A stretch of 64,000 nucleotides of DNA from an uncultured virus (IMG/VR IMGVR_UViG_3300033141_001794). Its lineage: Duplodnaviria; Heunggongvirae; Uroviricota; Caudoviricetes. This document shows positions 53,401 to 60,061 of this stretch, one piece after another. The stretch lies in IMG/VR virus record IMGVR_UViG_3300033141_001794; one strand, written 5' to 3'. The notes below the pieces were generated by a model, which saw only the letters and a program-made list of their open reading frames with translations, ran no database searches and was not told the origin of the DNA. Positions within the stretch are counted from its first letter, which is position 1. Each line of letters starts with the position of its first letter. The position numbers were made by a program, and so were the translations under genes.

Positions 53401-53963
53401 CTATTGAATCACACAACATGAGGGCAATAGGACAACCAGGCTTAAGAGCTGAAAAAGGTACTTCTGAAACTCTGAAGAAGATCGGAAAGGCGCTGAACAT
53501 ATCTCCTATAATGATGCAGCATGAGATTAATACATTGTTTTCAGGCTTGGGAAGACACACGCTGTTTGCAGTAGACTGGGCGCTGGGAAAGACCGGGATA
53601 CAGCCAGAGACAGAAATAACAGAAAACCGAATACCGGTCCTGCGAAGATTCTTAGGGAAAGCAGAGGATTGGAAGGGTGAGGCTTCCCGGGCTGTACGTG
53701 ATATCAACAAGGCAGTATCAGCAATAGATAGAATGTCTGTTAAGGGCCTGATGAAGTACAATAAGTACAAACCGGTCGAAGCGTTAAAGGTATATAGAGA
53801 AAACAAGGCAATGAAGGTGAAGTTGCTCAGAAGAAAGATTGAACTGTTGAAAGCAACGAGAATTACCCAGGACCTCTATGATGAAATTCTGGCAGAAATA
53901 CAGAAGGCGCAGGAAAAGAGTGCGAAGGCTGAAGATGTTGTAATTAAAGCTATGGAGGAGTAA
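41418..53963 (+). CDS. Giant (~4,180 aa) DarB-like polyvalent protein: GGDEF-like, N6-adenine MTase, SNF2 helicase, clamp-like domain, HExxH, LPD38-like C-terminus
   Basis: DLDKFKLINDNKGHSYGN...SGDEG (~43340-43800); DPAFGGTG, GIELD, SNVPFG (~45770-45980); AHEVGAGKT, DEAH, TGTP, HHLDAPW.P..I.QR.GR..RQGN (~47820-49440); HELGH (~51954); ATG 41418 overlaps the upstream TGA. Confidence 0.88.
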   Translation: MPFDPLTYLEEEEVELEQPTTPEPIVIPPQTEVEPFDPLAYLEEEEVVEPVEEVAVEEAPPYEPWKEYDPITKYAPPPVDEEIAELEATMPGISTAPPVPFPEVTPSIEQPIAQPEPIASTLAVEPDYAETERLIAAGPEAGDVTTPFKALAVGTGDIAQANAYAADFLTRKRAENLKEEGFKGLKSGYKAAVRDRAGRIVEPEKKDFGGKAEIPDNRLKSIGTKLDNMISEDWKKEVHEVAGRDISMKNFEKDPLAFMNTVFTLAANTAPLIAEQAVLSKFGNIAMPGFGMVTGGAGMMAVETGNFLQQAEMMEQGLNDKQKKEWQNVVDKYAPLYGMSSGLVEYSGNAVGVLGAVKAIGKKLVAKQLLERVAGVVGEGLEELGQEALMNRFMGKAIEDMKAKDKNFAPDWKPGKLGDAFKVGLVVSLVHSGGVGLVQKIVEPKEAAPPPISLKPLPEEKKVFKDIKAQWPEMTEEEQDNALPAFTEDQKKELLDIGLSQQLDDVNAETMKDFKIQSLISGFNELTEKEQDEALEGLTEEQKAKLLDIGFDAQAEIDKRKEFDPEAYLAEEDEPEAPDLVKRAQEAITADIQEITGVDATDAVPKIERRQGPRTTLKDLESAYRKELPGFSDEQYKQMSAIHDRSDLTDVQGKASYNTGVEAIRANPREDYVLIEGSTDLDKFKLINDNKGHSYGNDYLVVAHNGLAEIADEGGIEYHHLSGDEGGMYAYVPKSEVSKVVDTVKKMRGFINNMQIKAPNNKLVKGGISIGISVEGFDKADELLGTAKTKLGRNSIYVDDIIKKDYNIDEDIGTDYSAEYEKNGFISTREKKDDTQPPDTGKTKEVEGIAPGERKTGDRTQRRTVGKVDQGKQEAKPTEVKKPAEPETKFGPAVTSALGQVATEQLDFDLDSIERRIEKGKEITREDLEGTTLYNIKNLPEFNAIVKRFEDSPAEAAAFIRKQMEPGEKEVKKKEPEKKPEGVVPQKATKEQQREVLDKAVVGTGEFNIGEVYTQEIGLEELPERPVLITKKNEDGSVEGYYVGSGSLTEIKVGIGPAALIPAKFEDPGKELNVPAYDQKTLKQYVQKVFKPEEAKAPEKKQIPVKEEKPTDEFAPAELMKERDKQATEIKEKTKAEKKKEEVKGHLKSALDKFKEINDIFGEAGALSGKEIDETTYSKIKPLLQEALNDILKAGKAAAEFVTLAIENLTPAARPYFERFVTKDMQKEVEVEPISIDDTKPLEGVQAEGVLPSPEAVRKEPEKVLRGPGEPSEGVQRGRKGPADEERPQPPTGEDDSRRDDVKRQGTDSAGEGLRGRGLAEGLVSDYQITPEDVKYYEEAGKWAKFDQNVKVINLLKRLQKEDRQATKEEQGILSKYVGWGQFPDAFNVDQWTDNKALKARRKRLQNLLTEEEYKAARGSTLNAHYTAPVIVEKMYDAIKQMGFDGGFVLDPAFGGTGMFTGVMPAQMKAKSNITGIELDPISAQIAKQLYPQSDIRQEGFEEAKLADNSYDLAISNVPFGAYSVYDKKYAKENYFIHDYFFAKSLDKVRPGGLVAFVTSAGTMNSTRSKNLREMLSKKANFLGAIRLPGDAFKRIAGTEVTTDIIFLQKLPEGGQPTHAGDWLISKDTGVNSPVSGKPLMINEYFVNNPEMMLGKVVDDKLHPGRAALKSTGDIEQGLKNAIRKLPKDVVTEAGRGVSNRVTPSETIFAPDDVKPGAFTIKDGVLYSNEDGKLVKSEKGGAAAKRIKGLIGIRDIERVLRKEELAGTDEGADKARKKLNTVYDKFVKSHGYINDRPNALAFNDDPDYNRLVALEVEYDASVRERGKLIKKASAKKADIFTQRVIPRHEEVESANSAKDALLHSLNEYGRVNINYMADIYDKTTEEVLDELQGIIYNNPDTGQWETKEDYLSGNVRQKLEQAEFAAKDNPSMYEENVRELKKIQPEDIAPTEISARMGANWIPKNYIKDFVSIITDAESQYIRVSYSDKLASWDVGMERWASTNYAKMNEVYGTQDRSALVLINDLLNFRTPTIRRKEGDASVVDKEATMAAREKQKKIKEEFGEWLWSDSERADKLVRTYNDQFNNTTFPTYDGSHLALPGIADYLEGKPFELRPHQKDAVWRIVKTGNTLLAHEVGAGKTFVMSAAVMELKRLGIAQKPLIVVPNHMMKQLPREFLSIYPNANLLVSTKTDLNKKNRNRFMSKIAMGNWDGVIVPMSSFGLLPMSKKSQADYIAREIDDLEIAIRQMKEEEGGGRDNKLIKQIEGMRKRMAEKYQALLDNPKDDTVTFEELGIDFMMVDEAHNFKNLFFATKQGRIAGVSNTASKRASDLFMKTRYLNKLRPGRNLVFSTGTPIDNTIAEMYTMQRYLQMESLEQTGLTHFDAWTSMFAEPVTGWELSPDGKRMREHTRMRSFVNLFQLNQMFREVADVKVQKDLNLKVPKQKTGGPQIVAAKASEHLKVYVDSIIARMENMPPDPREDNFLKATNDGRKAALDMRLIDPHLPDNPDSKINKAIENIFDIWKKTKADKSTQIVFCDLSTPSKERRKLKEELEERVKQAEAEGREPDVTQDEWLSLQSNFSVYDDVREKLIEMGVPEKEIAFIHDYNSDEKKASLFKKVNDGDIRVVMGSTAKMGEGTNMQERAYALHHLDAPWKPGSIKQRDGRIIRQGNTNEEVETFRYVTEQSFDAYLWQILENKALMIEQVLTDPTKQRVDDVSMVALSAAQAKAAASGNPLQMEKVKVDSDVSRLQAMKKYHDRDQFRYKREAKELPDRIAIKKKKVAGVEKDLKKRTDTLKGDKFKAIIDEIEYDKRSAADLAMEKIVKKRPGPQDALGNIGGFDFTMRFDKLDPTLFEFIVKGENDYPTGFTKTAAGGLSRMVNVVSGLEDQIKTEEKGISKLERELNTVKEQVGKPFDKEEELTKLVKRQEEVFKEIQNEGQEDTVEEILDEMGVTDVETKEPAVDDTDVGINVEDYNFDKKTYTTPQWEKKYYGKYKGNDFVTDGTLFYRDYWGLTEAFKESGEGTELTPENLEKAIPEPVDREAKPLKVYALDKKIDAVLFYDGEAYRSIDKKLYNTIRLQFPGATFKFGPEERSPISFYRDDVFEGVVMPILPNENTRAVIKNLESDKGTGGKQLYSMTESEARDKKPKTLPEETVTDIVKSMGSPEATRNQLLTEANAKEGEKFLTRWERIYQGAKDATVSIRKVQKIFEKELGVKVTPINDIEYAIDRVRGSGGTAKQFVADWLSPIFEEIRKSTKEVRLHRKAGQIGKISRNLEQYLIAKRQVWLYENKPKYDDVGYTQEWSQGVIDDVESGKTPDAALIQASANKIWNYSVKLKGIKKSFGIIDEEFEKMLREPYYVPFFRDVEKKVVPGIRGEKFTAMSKGIKRIKGSKSGRNIRNVFANLITITNETLVNAARNEVFNGIIKMSEESTEIGELIKKLPPRWKVAGTIEHRHEIDKFLSPELSKIIEELGAKEGVKIKMGKYTGSFSSENKEVMTMFGATESTKAHELGHLIDQDVIRLQDMVRKYPKEMVAVGSTRYEGGEATQSYIRYVHKNEELVAEFVSMYITDRTRLAELAPDAIRDFEGRIQKHKTLKKLIKLYPSRRKAIEKITEKNWILDTSIPSDEDVISGFVGGKMEHYRVPAELASAVKNLHPEQIPIALRVLTIPTSILRKGAVQFNVDFFIPNSLRDQIGATFTRKFYPVVDYLAGLKHYIAQDEVYKQYLRMGGAMDSPESGVVQLQRSAKELIYGSKRGEFFDPHYWKETGLMRKTLDITSYFAKAPFRAIAKLGEASEQATRLGVFERGLKSGENVMAAIHSGRQASLEFQRFGTHGRVPNQIVPFINVALEGVDRAIRSAYGNPKRFAMAAFTYGIAPTIALTIWNTTGDDEDEYKNVSDRDKENNYIIMRHDGTGRYWKIPKSHIVRMIANPFQLAWERSIGTSMGSWHDPASTVWRAASPIDGLGAIVPTGLKLLIEPIANYDFYWRQTIESHNMRAIGQPGLRAEKGTSETLKKIGKALNISPIMMQHEINTLFSGLGRHTLFAVDWALGKTGIQPETEITENRIPVLRRFLGKAEDWKGEASRAVRDINKAVSAIDRMSVKGLMKYNKYKPVEALKVYRENKAMKVKLLRRKIELLKATRITQDLYDEILAEIQKAQEKSAKAEDVVIKAMEE
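43810..43838 (+). promoter_or_regulatory. Internal sigma70-like promoter embedded in the giant gene
   Basis: TAGACG-17 nt-TATAAT in an AT-rich patch (encodes VDDIIKKDYN). Confidence 0.5.
43915..44058 (+). CDS. Candidate overprinted small basic protein (47 aa), alternative frame
   Basis: AGGGAG SD plus ATG 43915 downstream of the internal promoter; the host frame here is a disordered linker. Confidence 0.4.
   Translation: MTHSLPIRAKPRKSKELLLVNGKPVTEHKGVPLEKLTRASKKLNLQK
45109..45387 (+). CDS. Overprinted TnpV-like protein (92 aa) nested in the giant gene
   Basis: AAGGAGGT SD 5 nt before TTG; HWKEYKPKAYSQ.L..G..L..F.D.A.QA...Q.M...A.E resembles TnpV; the host frame is a low-complexity linker. 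Confidence 0.6.
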   Translation: MSQLALTIQNHWKEYKPKAYSQALKQYGKSLKKFFEDLASQARVYNVDVRDQQMKNGHNHLQAKMIADEMMLKDKVLTAPEKGFEGGDWPKD

Positions 53964-53965
53964 GC

Positions 53966-54220
53966 GTGAAGAAACCAAAGATTAACTATCAGTTTTTGAC
54001 TTTAATGTTAAGCATTGTAGGATCCCTGGTATATGGCACTATGCGTTTTGCAAAGCTGGAAGAGAGGGAGTTGCAGCACTACGAAAGCCAGTGTGAAAAG
54101 AATATAGTTTATATCGAAAGTATTCAAAACCTGACGTGTGCTGTAAAATGCCTTACTACTACTACAGACAGTCTCAGGTATGAAATTAAGTTTATCAATT
54201 TTAGGAATGGATTGGAATAA
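53966..54220 (+). CDS. Single-TM protein with coiled coil (holin-like?)
   Basis: Basic N-terminus, TM FLTLMLSIVGSLVYG; GGAGG SD. Confidence 0.45.
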   Translation: MKKPKINYQFLTLMLSIVGSLVYGTMRFAKLEERELQHYESQCEKNIVYIESIQNLTCAVKCLTTTTDSLRYEIKFINFRNGLE

Positions 54221-54462
54221 TGTCAGATGAAATACTCGATTTAAAAGACCAGACACCAGAAGCGCAGGCGATAGAGCCTTATACTACTAAATTAATGGAT
54301 TTATTAGATCAGCGAAAGGTAATGTGGGATAAGCAGCCAGATTCAGAAGAAAAGAAGAAGTGGTTAATATCCAGGCGAGATCCCATTCTCGATATTGCTG
54401 AAACTATAGGCACTTATATATATAACGAATTTCCGGAGATCATAGATGGTTTACGTAAATAA
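54220..54462 (+). CDS. Hypothetical protein
   Basis: TAATG-coupled ORF. Confidence 0.55.
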   Translation: MSDEILDLKDQTPEAQAIEPYTTKLMDLLDQRKVMWDKQPDSEEKKKWLISRRDPILDIAETIGTYIYNEFPEIIDGLRK

Positions 54463-54796
54463 AAATTTTAGCAGGGGCAAGATAAAAAAGATAACTCCGG
54501 AAAAGGGTGATCAATTTTACCGGTGTAACTTCTCCCAATTGAAAGTAACAGAGATATTTAAGGGAATTAAGAATCTTGATTTCGAGGCCTGTAATCTTAT
54601 GAATTGTATTCTTCCTGCTGGTACGAAGCCTCCAAAAGACTGTTTAATTGTTCGAAAGAGCATGTGCAGTCACATTCATCCTGATGTAAGGCCTCTCTGT
54701 CCCGTAAATTGCCAACATGTAATTGATACTTATACTATTAAAATCGACAATAAGCAGGCTAACAAATCCTATAAATATGAAGACAAGGTGATATAA
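54446..54796 (+). CDS. Cys-rich protein with short beta-solenoid-like motifs
   Basis: F.RCNFSQ, F.ACNLMNC, CSH.HP..C..NC.H. Confidence 0.55.
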   Translation: MVYVNKNFSRGKIKKITPEKGDQFYRCNFSQLKVTEIFKGIKNLDFEACNLMNCILPAGTKPPKDCLIVRKSMCSHIHPDVRPLCPVNCQHVIDTYTIKIDNKQANKSYKYEDKVI

Positions 54797-55803
54797 TGCC
54801 CGACAGATATTACAAATCAACCGGAAGTAACACGGCCCCCTATGATACGTGGGTCAAGGCTGCAACGGCTGCACAGACAATAATTGATCTTGCAGTAGCA
54901 GGTGACACAAACCATTATTCGGGTACAATTAATGCAATATTAGATGTTGATACGAACTCTGGTGCAATAGGGAGTTGGATAAAACACATAGGACATAATA
55001 ATGATGCGGCCCCTGTTTTAGATGGTACAAGAGTGTTGGTTGATGGCGCTGGTGTACGTGCTAATTGTATTGGCGCCTGTGATAAAAATTATCATTGGTG
55101 GGAAAATTTTGAGTTTACAAGGGCTACAGGTGATGGTGTTAATTTAGTTGACGCTCCAGATCCTCAAAACTGGGTATTTAAGAATTGTATTTCTCACACA
55201 AACGGTGCTGATGGTTGGGGTGGCGATGGGGGTGCGGGTACTATTTATTATATACGATGTAAAGCATATAACAACACAGCAAGAGGTTGGGACAGGGCAA
55301 CCAAAAACGCCAGAGTAATATTGTGTGCTTGTTATGGTAATGGTACGGCAGGGCTTTATGAGGGTAATGGTGGGACACTTGTGCTGAACAGTTTATTTTA
55401 CGACAACGGAGATGTTGCACAGAATTGTTATATTAATGTTAATGCTGAAGTGATAAACAATGTGTTTGATGGTACTAACCAAGCAAATTCAACGGGACTG
55501 CTAACAAAGCAGGATGGTGGGGTTGTGATGTTTAACAGGTTTACAAACTGCACCATAGGATTAGATGCTGACTTGGAATTTAAAATAGTGGGGTATAACT
55601 ATTTCCATGACAACACCGCAGATACGGCAAATGCAGTAAACTTAGAATTGTTGTTAAATGATCTTGGATTGGATACTAATGAGTATGATGTTGATGTTGA
55701 CGATGGGTATAATAATGCCGCTACAGCAGATTATAACTTAAAAGATTCACGCACTTATAATGGTAATGGTGATGATACTGTTGACCTTGGGGTTGGAGTA
55801 TAA
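54796..55803 (+). CDS. Right-handed beta-helix tailspike-like protein
   Basis: PYDTW.KAA N-terminus; repeated C..Y.N...G / N..F..N units; DYNL. Confidence 0.7.
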   Translation: MPDRYYKSTGSNTAPYDTWVKAATAAQTIIDLAVAGDTNHYSGTINAILDVDTNSGAIGSWIKHIGHNNDAAPVLDGTRVLVDGAGVRANCIGACDKNYHWWENFEFTRATGDGVNLVDAPDPQNWVFKNCISHTNGADGWGGDGGAGTIYYIRCKAYNNTARGWDRATKNARVILCACYGNGTAGLYEGNGGTLVLNSLFYDNGDVAQNCYINVNAEVINNVFDGTNQANSTGLLTKQDGGVVMFNRFTNCTIGLDADLEFKIVGYNYFHDNTADTANAVNLELLLNDLGLDTNEYDVDVDDGYNNAATADYNLKDSRTYNGNGDDTVDLGVGV

Positions 55804-56051
55804 TGGCACAGACAGGTTCAGTAAAACGAGTTATTACATCGGGAATACCTACAATACTTGAAACGGGTAGTGTAAAGTTTCAGATTTGCGCGGGTATTCC
55901 AAGTGCGTGGACAGCCGCAGGACCAGGCCCCGAGCCTCCAACTCCTCCCAGCGAAACCCTGAGAGTAGTCAAAAGCTCTATATCTACTTCCATAGGCCTC
56001 TCTCTTTCTGCTTTTATAATGATGATGATAATCTTAATGGTGATGGTGTAA
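55803..56051 (+). CDS. Small protein with tandem repeat and hydrophobic C-terminus
   Basis: TGSVK...GIP twice; Pro linker; LSAFIMMMIILMVMV. Confidence 0.45.
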   Translation: MAQTGSVKRVITSGIPTILETGSVKFQICAGIPSAWTAAGPGPEPPTPPSETLRVVKSSISTSIGLSLSAFIMMMIILMVMV

Positions 56052-56052
56052 T

Positions 56053-57684
56053 ATGGCAGCAGATTTAATATGTATTGGCGGTGACAGTATTAGGATGGGT
56101 TATGATAATAGGGTGGAGGCTTTAATGCCTGCAACTACTTTTTTTTATAACCCTGCTAATGATCAAGACATGCTGACGTTGTATGGTCATTTAGACACTT
56201 ATTTGGCTTATATGCCAACCATTTTTCATCTTAACGCTACATATCACGATGCGGTAGGAGGAACTACTGATGGGCAGTATGAAGCTCGATTGAGAGATGT
56301 CCTTGATAAGTTACTGTCTGTTTATAGGTTGACAATTGTTTGGGCGCTTGGAACACCTGTTGATAATCCGGTTGACGATGCAAGGGTTGTTGAATTAAAC
56401 ACAATAGCTACAAATGTTATAAATTCATACGGAAACGACAGGATATCTATAAACGATTTGTATCAATTTTCGGTTGATAACGGGTTGGTGCGTCATGATG
56501 GCGTCCATTTTATAGCAGCCGATTATCAGCAAATTGCTATTGAAGTTCAAGGGGTTTTGACCCCATTATTAAGGAGTGGAAGTATGCCTTTACGATATGG
56601 TAATTCAAGGTTTTATAGAACCATCCAGGTTAAACCTGCTAATGTGTATGTTAATGATACGAATGTGCCAGTGTGTCTTTCTGAAGCTGATACTGTCAAT
56701 GTGCCTGCTGGAGCATATAGAAATGATGGGGGCGATATTGTTGTAACTGATGCAAACGGTGATCTTATACCAAGAGAAATTGCAACCTTCAATCAAGGTG
56801 CTGCTACTATGCAATTATGGTATCGTGATCCTGTGCAAAACGTAGCCACAGGTGGCACAGAACTATATCTTCAGTGGGGCGGCTCTGACGTAAATGAAGC
56901 TAATAATCCAGTTACTTGGTTTAATAATTTTGGTGGTGCTGCTCATTGCCAACCGAGCATTCACTGTGAAGAAACTGCTGCAAATTTAACAGACAGTAGC
57001 GAGGTTTATACTGCTGCCGATGCTAATATGGTGTATAACCAAGCAGGGCAAATAGATGGTGCAGCAGGTTTTAACGGAACAAATTCCTTAAACTCTTGGG
57101 GAGATGTTACTGCTTTAAATGGAGTGGTACGATTTACACATCAATACTGGATAAGAATAGTCGATATAACGGCAGCGGATATTACAGCACGAAAACGGGC
57201 AAATAACACCAGAAGATACCTTGTTTATAATACAGGTGGTTCAATGCGTGTGTATGTATGTAATGGTGCCGCCTCTTATGGGCATTTTGCTTTGGCTGGA
57301 AAGATTGCTAATAATACATGGGCGCTTGTTACCATAGTATATGATGGTTCACTCGCAGGGGATGCAAACAGGTTGAAAATATATGTAGGCACTACTCAAA
57401 TGGTGCTTGCTTTTGTCAATGCCATACCCGCAACTGCCGGGAACATGGCTGCCATTGCCTTTGAAATGGGAGACAATGGAGGCATAAGCTCACTTGATGG
57501 ACGGATAGATGAGAACAGAATTATAGCCGGCGCACTATCATTAAATCAAATAAGAGGCCAATATGACAACCAGAACGAGTTCGGTGCAAACGGGACTGTT
57601 AATGTCGGTGAAATAGTGTCGTTTCAGACAAACAGAATAATCCAATCTCACATGGGACTGACTCAAAACGCAATGTCTTTGTAA
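56053..57684 (+). CDS. SGNH/GDSL esterase + DUF2341-like + LamG tail protein
   Basis: GDSI, N..HD, DGVHF; DI..TD.NG..IP.EI..F......LW...P; LamG W..VT..YDG...KIYV...G.IDE.RI. Confidence 0.8.
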   Translation: MAADLICIGGDSIRMGYDNRVEALMPATTFFYNPANDQDMLTLYGHLDTYLAYMPTIFHLNATYHDAVGGTTDGQYEARLRDVLDKLLSVYRLTIVWALGTPVDNPVDDARVVELNTIATNVINSYGNDRISINDLYQFSVDNGLVRHDGVHFIAADYQQIAIEVQGVLTPLLRSGSMPLRYGNSRFYRTIQVKPANVYVNDTNVPVCLSEADTVNVPAGAYRNDGGDIVVTDANGDLIPREIATFNQGAATMQLWYRDPVQNVATGGTELYLQWGGSDVNEANNPVTWFNNFGGAAHCQPSIHCEETAANLTDSSEVYTAADANMVYNQAGQIDGAAGFNGTNSLNSWGDVTALNGVVRFTHQYWIRIVDITAADITARKRANNTRRYLVYNTGGSMRVYVCNGAASYGHFALAGKIANNTWALVTIVYDGSLAGDANRLKIYVGTTQMVLAFVNAIPATAGNMAAIAFEMGDNGGISSLDGRIDENRIIAGALSLNQIRGQYDNQNEFGANGTVNVGEIVSFQTNRIIQSHMGLTQNAMSL

Positions 57685-57711
57685 ATATATATATTACCTC
57701 TTATATAGCTT

Positions 57712-57741
57712 AAAGCTCTTCAGAAACGGAGAGCTTTTTTA
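57712..57741 (+). terminator. Intrinsic terminator ending the late operon
   Basis: AAAGCTCTTC-loop-GGAGAGCTTT then TTTT. Confidence 0.8.
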
Positions 57742-57754
57742 TTTGAGATTTAGC

Positions 57755-57783
57755 TTGACTTTCCATTAACATTGTAGTAACTT
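57755..57783 (+). promoter_or_regulatory. Putative early promoter
   Basis: TTGACT-17 nt-TAACTT right after the terminator. Confidence 0.55.
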
Positions 57784-57827
57784 ATAAGAGAAAGGAATAA
57801 CTAAACCATTTATCAAAGGATAAACTC

Positions 57828-57995
57828 ATGTTGAAGATTCCCGAAGACCAAAAGGCAACAAAGCCAATATTGGTTACAAAGATCCAGCATAAGCAGATCT
57901 GGAAGCTCGCAAAGAAGAGAAATCAGAAGATTACAGAACTTATAGATAGCTGGCTGGGCTACGATGAATTGAAGGAAGAGCTTAATGCGTCTTAA
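57828..57995 (+). CDS. Small ribbon-helix-helix-like DNA-binding protein (55 aa; not in the ORF track)
   Basis: AAAGGA SD; KPILVTKIQHKQIWKLAKKRNQKITELIDSWL fits a beta-helix-helix RHH pattern. Confidence 0.55.
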   Translation: MLKIPEDQKATKPILVTKIQHKQIWKLAKKRNQKITELIDSWLGYDELKEELNAS

Positions 57996-58068
57996 CCCAT
58001 CAGAGAACAGAAAGCGTGTCCAGCGCTTATTGAGAGATATAAAAAAGGTTCGATCTGATGAAAAACAT

Positions 58069-58176
58069 GAGCCGGAAGGTAGCGCAGCGGAGCGCAAGGG
58101 CTTTCCCTGGTTTGGGAGTATCTTGCTCGTTCAAATCGAGGCAAGAGGGCCTGTCCGTAGCTTTCCGGCTCTTTTT
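58069..58176 (+). ncRNA. Structured RNA candidate with a tRNA-type T-loop
   Basis: 12-bp closing stem GAGCCGGAAGGT/GCTTTCCGGCTC then U5; inner TCTTGCTCG-TTCAAAT-CGAGGCAAGA hairpin; TAGCGCAGCGGAGCGC is D-arm-like. Confidence 0.5.
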
Positions 58177-58200
58177 AATTAACCCTATCAAGGAGTTGTT

Positions 58201-58389
58201 ATGGAAACAGTAAGATTAATAGTTTGTTCAAATGTTAGCGGAGAAGAAGAGACAATGACATTTACAGACGATTTTGAAGTAAGTTCTGAAGATTATTGCT
58301 CGTCCGGTCAAACAGTAGATATTGACAAAAAAATTGAAATGGATGTTCCTTCAGGCTTTCCAATGAATCATACTTTTGTAAGGAATTAA
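58201..58389 (+). CDS. Small acidic hypothetical protein
   Basis: AAGGAG SD. Confidence 0.55.
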   Translation: METVRLIVCSNVSGEEETMTFTDDFEVSSEDYCSSGQTVDIDKKIEMDVPSGFPMNHTFVRN

Positions 58390-58470
58390 TTGAAACGCAG
58401 CGCAGACCTCTTAGCAATAGCGATAGTATTGGGATTGATAGCACTTACCCTCATTATCATTTATTTATAA
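58390..58470 (+). CDS. 26-aa membrane peptide
   Basis: TTG start abutting the previous stop; LLAIAIVLGLIALTLIIIYL. Confidence 0.35.
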   Translation: MKRSADLLAIAIVLGLIALTLIIIYL

Positions 58471-58480
58471 AGGAGATCAC

Positions 58481-58711
58481 ATGGCAGACTCGTTAGGCAT
58501 TACACTCAAGAAGGAACTGTTAATCGACATGGCCAAAGCTCGCAGCGGGGAGATATTGCCCTGCACAGCTCGGAAGACTTTAGACAATTGTTTCACAACC
58601 AGTCCAGAAGGCGTTTTATTTCTTTGGTATGTTGAAGCGGAATCCAAAACCACTCGCCTTATAAGCGAGAATACTGATATTAACGAGTATTTAACAAAGG
58701 AGGCACAATGA
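58481..58711 (+). CDS. Hypothetical protein
   Basis: AAGGAG SD. Confidence 0.6.
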   Translation: MADSLGITLKKELLIDMAKARSGEILPCTARKTLDNCFTTSPEGVLFLWYVEAESKTTRLISENTDINEYLTKEAQ

Positions 58712-59451
58712 TGAAAAAAGACCTGGTTCCTCAGAACGAGCAGGCACCAGTAACCGCAGTTAATTCACCAGCTGACATAATGCAGTTAGCTATGAACAAG
58801 GACCTTGATCTGGACCGCATTGAGAAGATGCTTGAACTCCAGACCAAGTATGAAGAGCGTGAGGCAAAGAAGGCCTATACACAGGCCATGGCTAACTTTA
58901 AAGCCAATCCTCCGGAAATATCCAAGGATAAGAATGTCCAATATCAAACTTCAAAGGGACAGACAAATTATAGCCATGCTACCCTTGGGAATGTAACCCA
59001 GAAGATTAACCAAGCTCTTGCCGGTCACGATCTTTCTGCAGGGTGGAAAACAGAGCAGGATAAGGATAATATCACAATTACCTGTACAATAACTCATGCT
59101 CTTGGACATAGCGAAAGCACTTCCCTGTCGGCTGGTGCTGACACTTCTGGAGGGAAAAACAGTATCCAGGCCGTAGGGTCCACAATCACATATCTGGAAA
59201 GATATACTCTTCTTGCCCTCACCGGTCTTGCTACCCATGATCAGGACGATGATGGCCGGGGAAGTGAAGGTGAAGGCCTTGTTTATATCACAGACAATCA
59301 GAAGTCTACTATTGTGGATATGATTGCAGACACTTCGGCCAATGAAGCAAGGTTCTTAAAATATCTCGGTGCAGAATCGATTGATACTATTCCGGCCACA
59401 TTTTATAACAGGGCTATTAAGGCATTGGAAGTTAAAAAGGAGCAGGCATGA
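58708..59451 (+). CDS. erf: ERF-family single-strand annealing protein
   Basis: Y.HATL, H..GHSE, QAVGSTITYLERYTL..L.G.A..D.DDDG. Confidence 0.9.
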   Translation: MMKKDLVPQNEQAPVTAVNSPADIMQLAMNKDLDLDRIEKMLELQTKYEEREAKKAYTQAMANFKANPPEISKDKNVQYQTSKGQTNYSHATLGNVTQKINQALAGHDLSAGWKTEQDKDNITITCTITHALGHSESTSLSAGADTSGGKNSIQAVGSTITYLERYTLLALTGLATHDQDDDGRGSEGEGLVYITDNQKSTIVDMIADTSANEARFLKYLGAESIDTIPATFYNRAIKALEVKKEQA

Positions 59452-60053
59452 TAATCGTAGAAGGAATTAAGCAAAACAGTCTGGAATGGTACGCTCTTAA
59501 GCTCGGCATTCCCAGTGCTTCCAGCTTTGACAAGATAATTACAACCAAGGGAGTTGTATCAAAGACGCGAGCGAAGTATCTGTATAAACTGGCTGGCGAG
59601 GTTGTAACTGGTGAGCGTGAGGAGGGATATAACAATTCCAATATGGATCGAGGCCATGAGCGCGAAGAAGAGTCCAGAAATGCCTATGAGCTCATTAAAG
59701 ATGTTGAGGTGGAACAGGTAGGCTTTGTCTATTTTGATGAAAAGAAAGACATTGGCTGTTCTCCTGATGGCCTTGTGGGTGAAGATGGAGGATTCGAGAC
59801 AAAGGACGCTCTTCCTCATGTTCATCTTGATCGATTAGAGAATGGCTGGTCAGAGTCACAGCATTTTCAGCAGGTCCAGGGAAGTCTTTATGTTACTGGC
59901 CGGAAGTGGTGGGACCTTGTAAGTTATTCCAGAGGGTTCAAGCCTTTAATCATCAGGTTTGAACGTGACGAGGAGTTTATTAAGAAGTTAGCTGTTGAAC
60001 TCCGCTTATTCAATAACAACTTAAAAGATGTCGTTAAAAAGTATTCTGTATAG
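59448..60053 (+). CDS. YqaJ / lambda-exonuclease family nuclease
   Basis: Q.S.EW...R/K.G..SAS, M.RG.E.E, GCSPDGLV, E.K, QVQG.L.V. Confidence 0.9.
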   Translation: MIIVEGIKQNSLEWYALKLGIPSASSFDKIITTKGVVSKTRAKYLYKLAGEVVTGEREEGYNNSNMDRGHEREEESRNAYELIKDVEVEQVGFVYFDEKKDIGCSPDGLVGEDGGFETKDALPHVHLDRLENGWSESQHFQQVQGSLYVTGRKWWDLVSYSRGFKPLIIRFERDEEFIKKLAVELRLFNNNLKDVVKKYSV

Positions 60054-60061
60054 GAGATATT

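Noticed and set aside
58069..58176. Canonical tRNA gene
   Set aside because: The anticodon stem does not pair properly and the acceptor 3' strand does not follow the T-arm; kept only as an ncRNA candidate
57985..58182. 65-aa ORF
   Set aside because: Its 3' half coincides with the GC-rich RNA structure; coding status is unsupported, though not excluded
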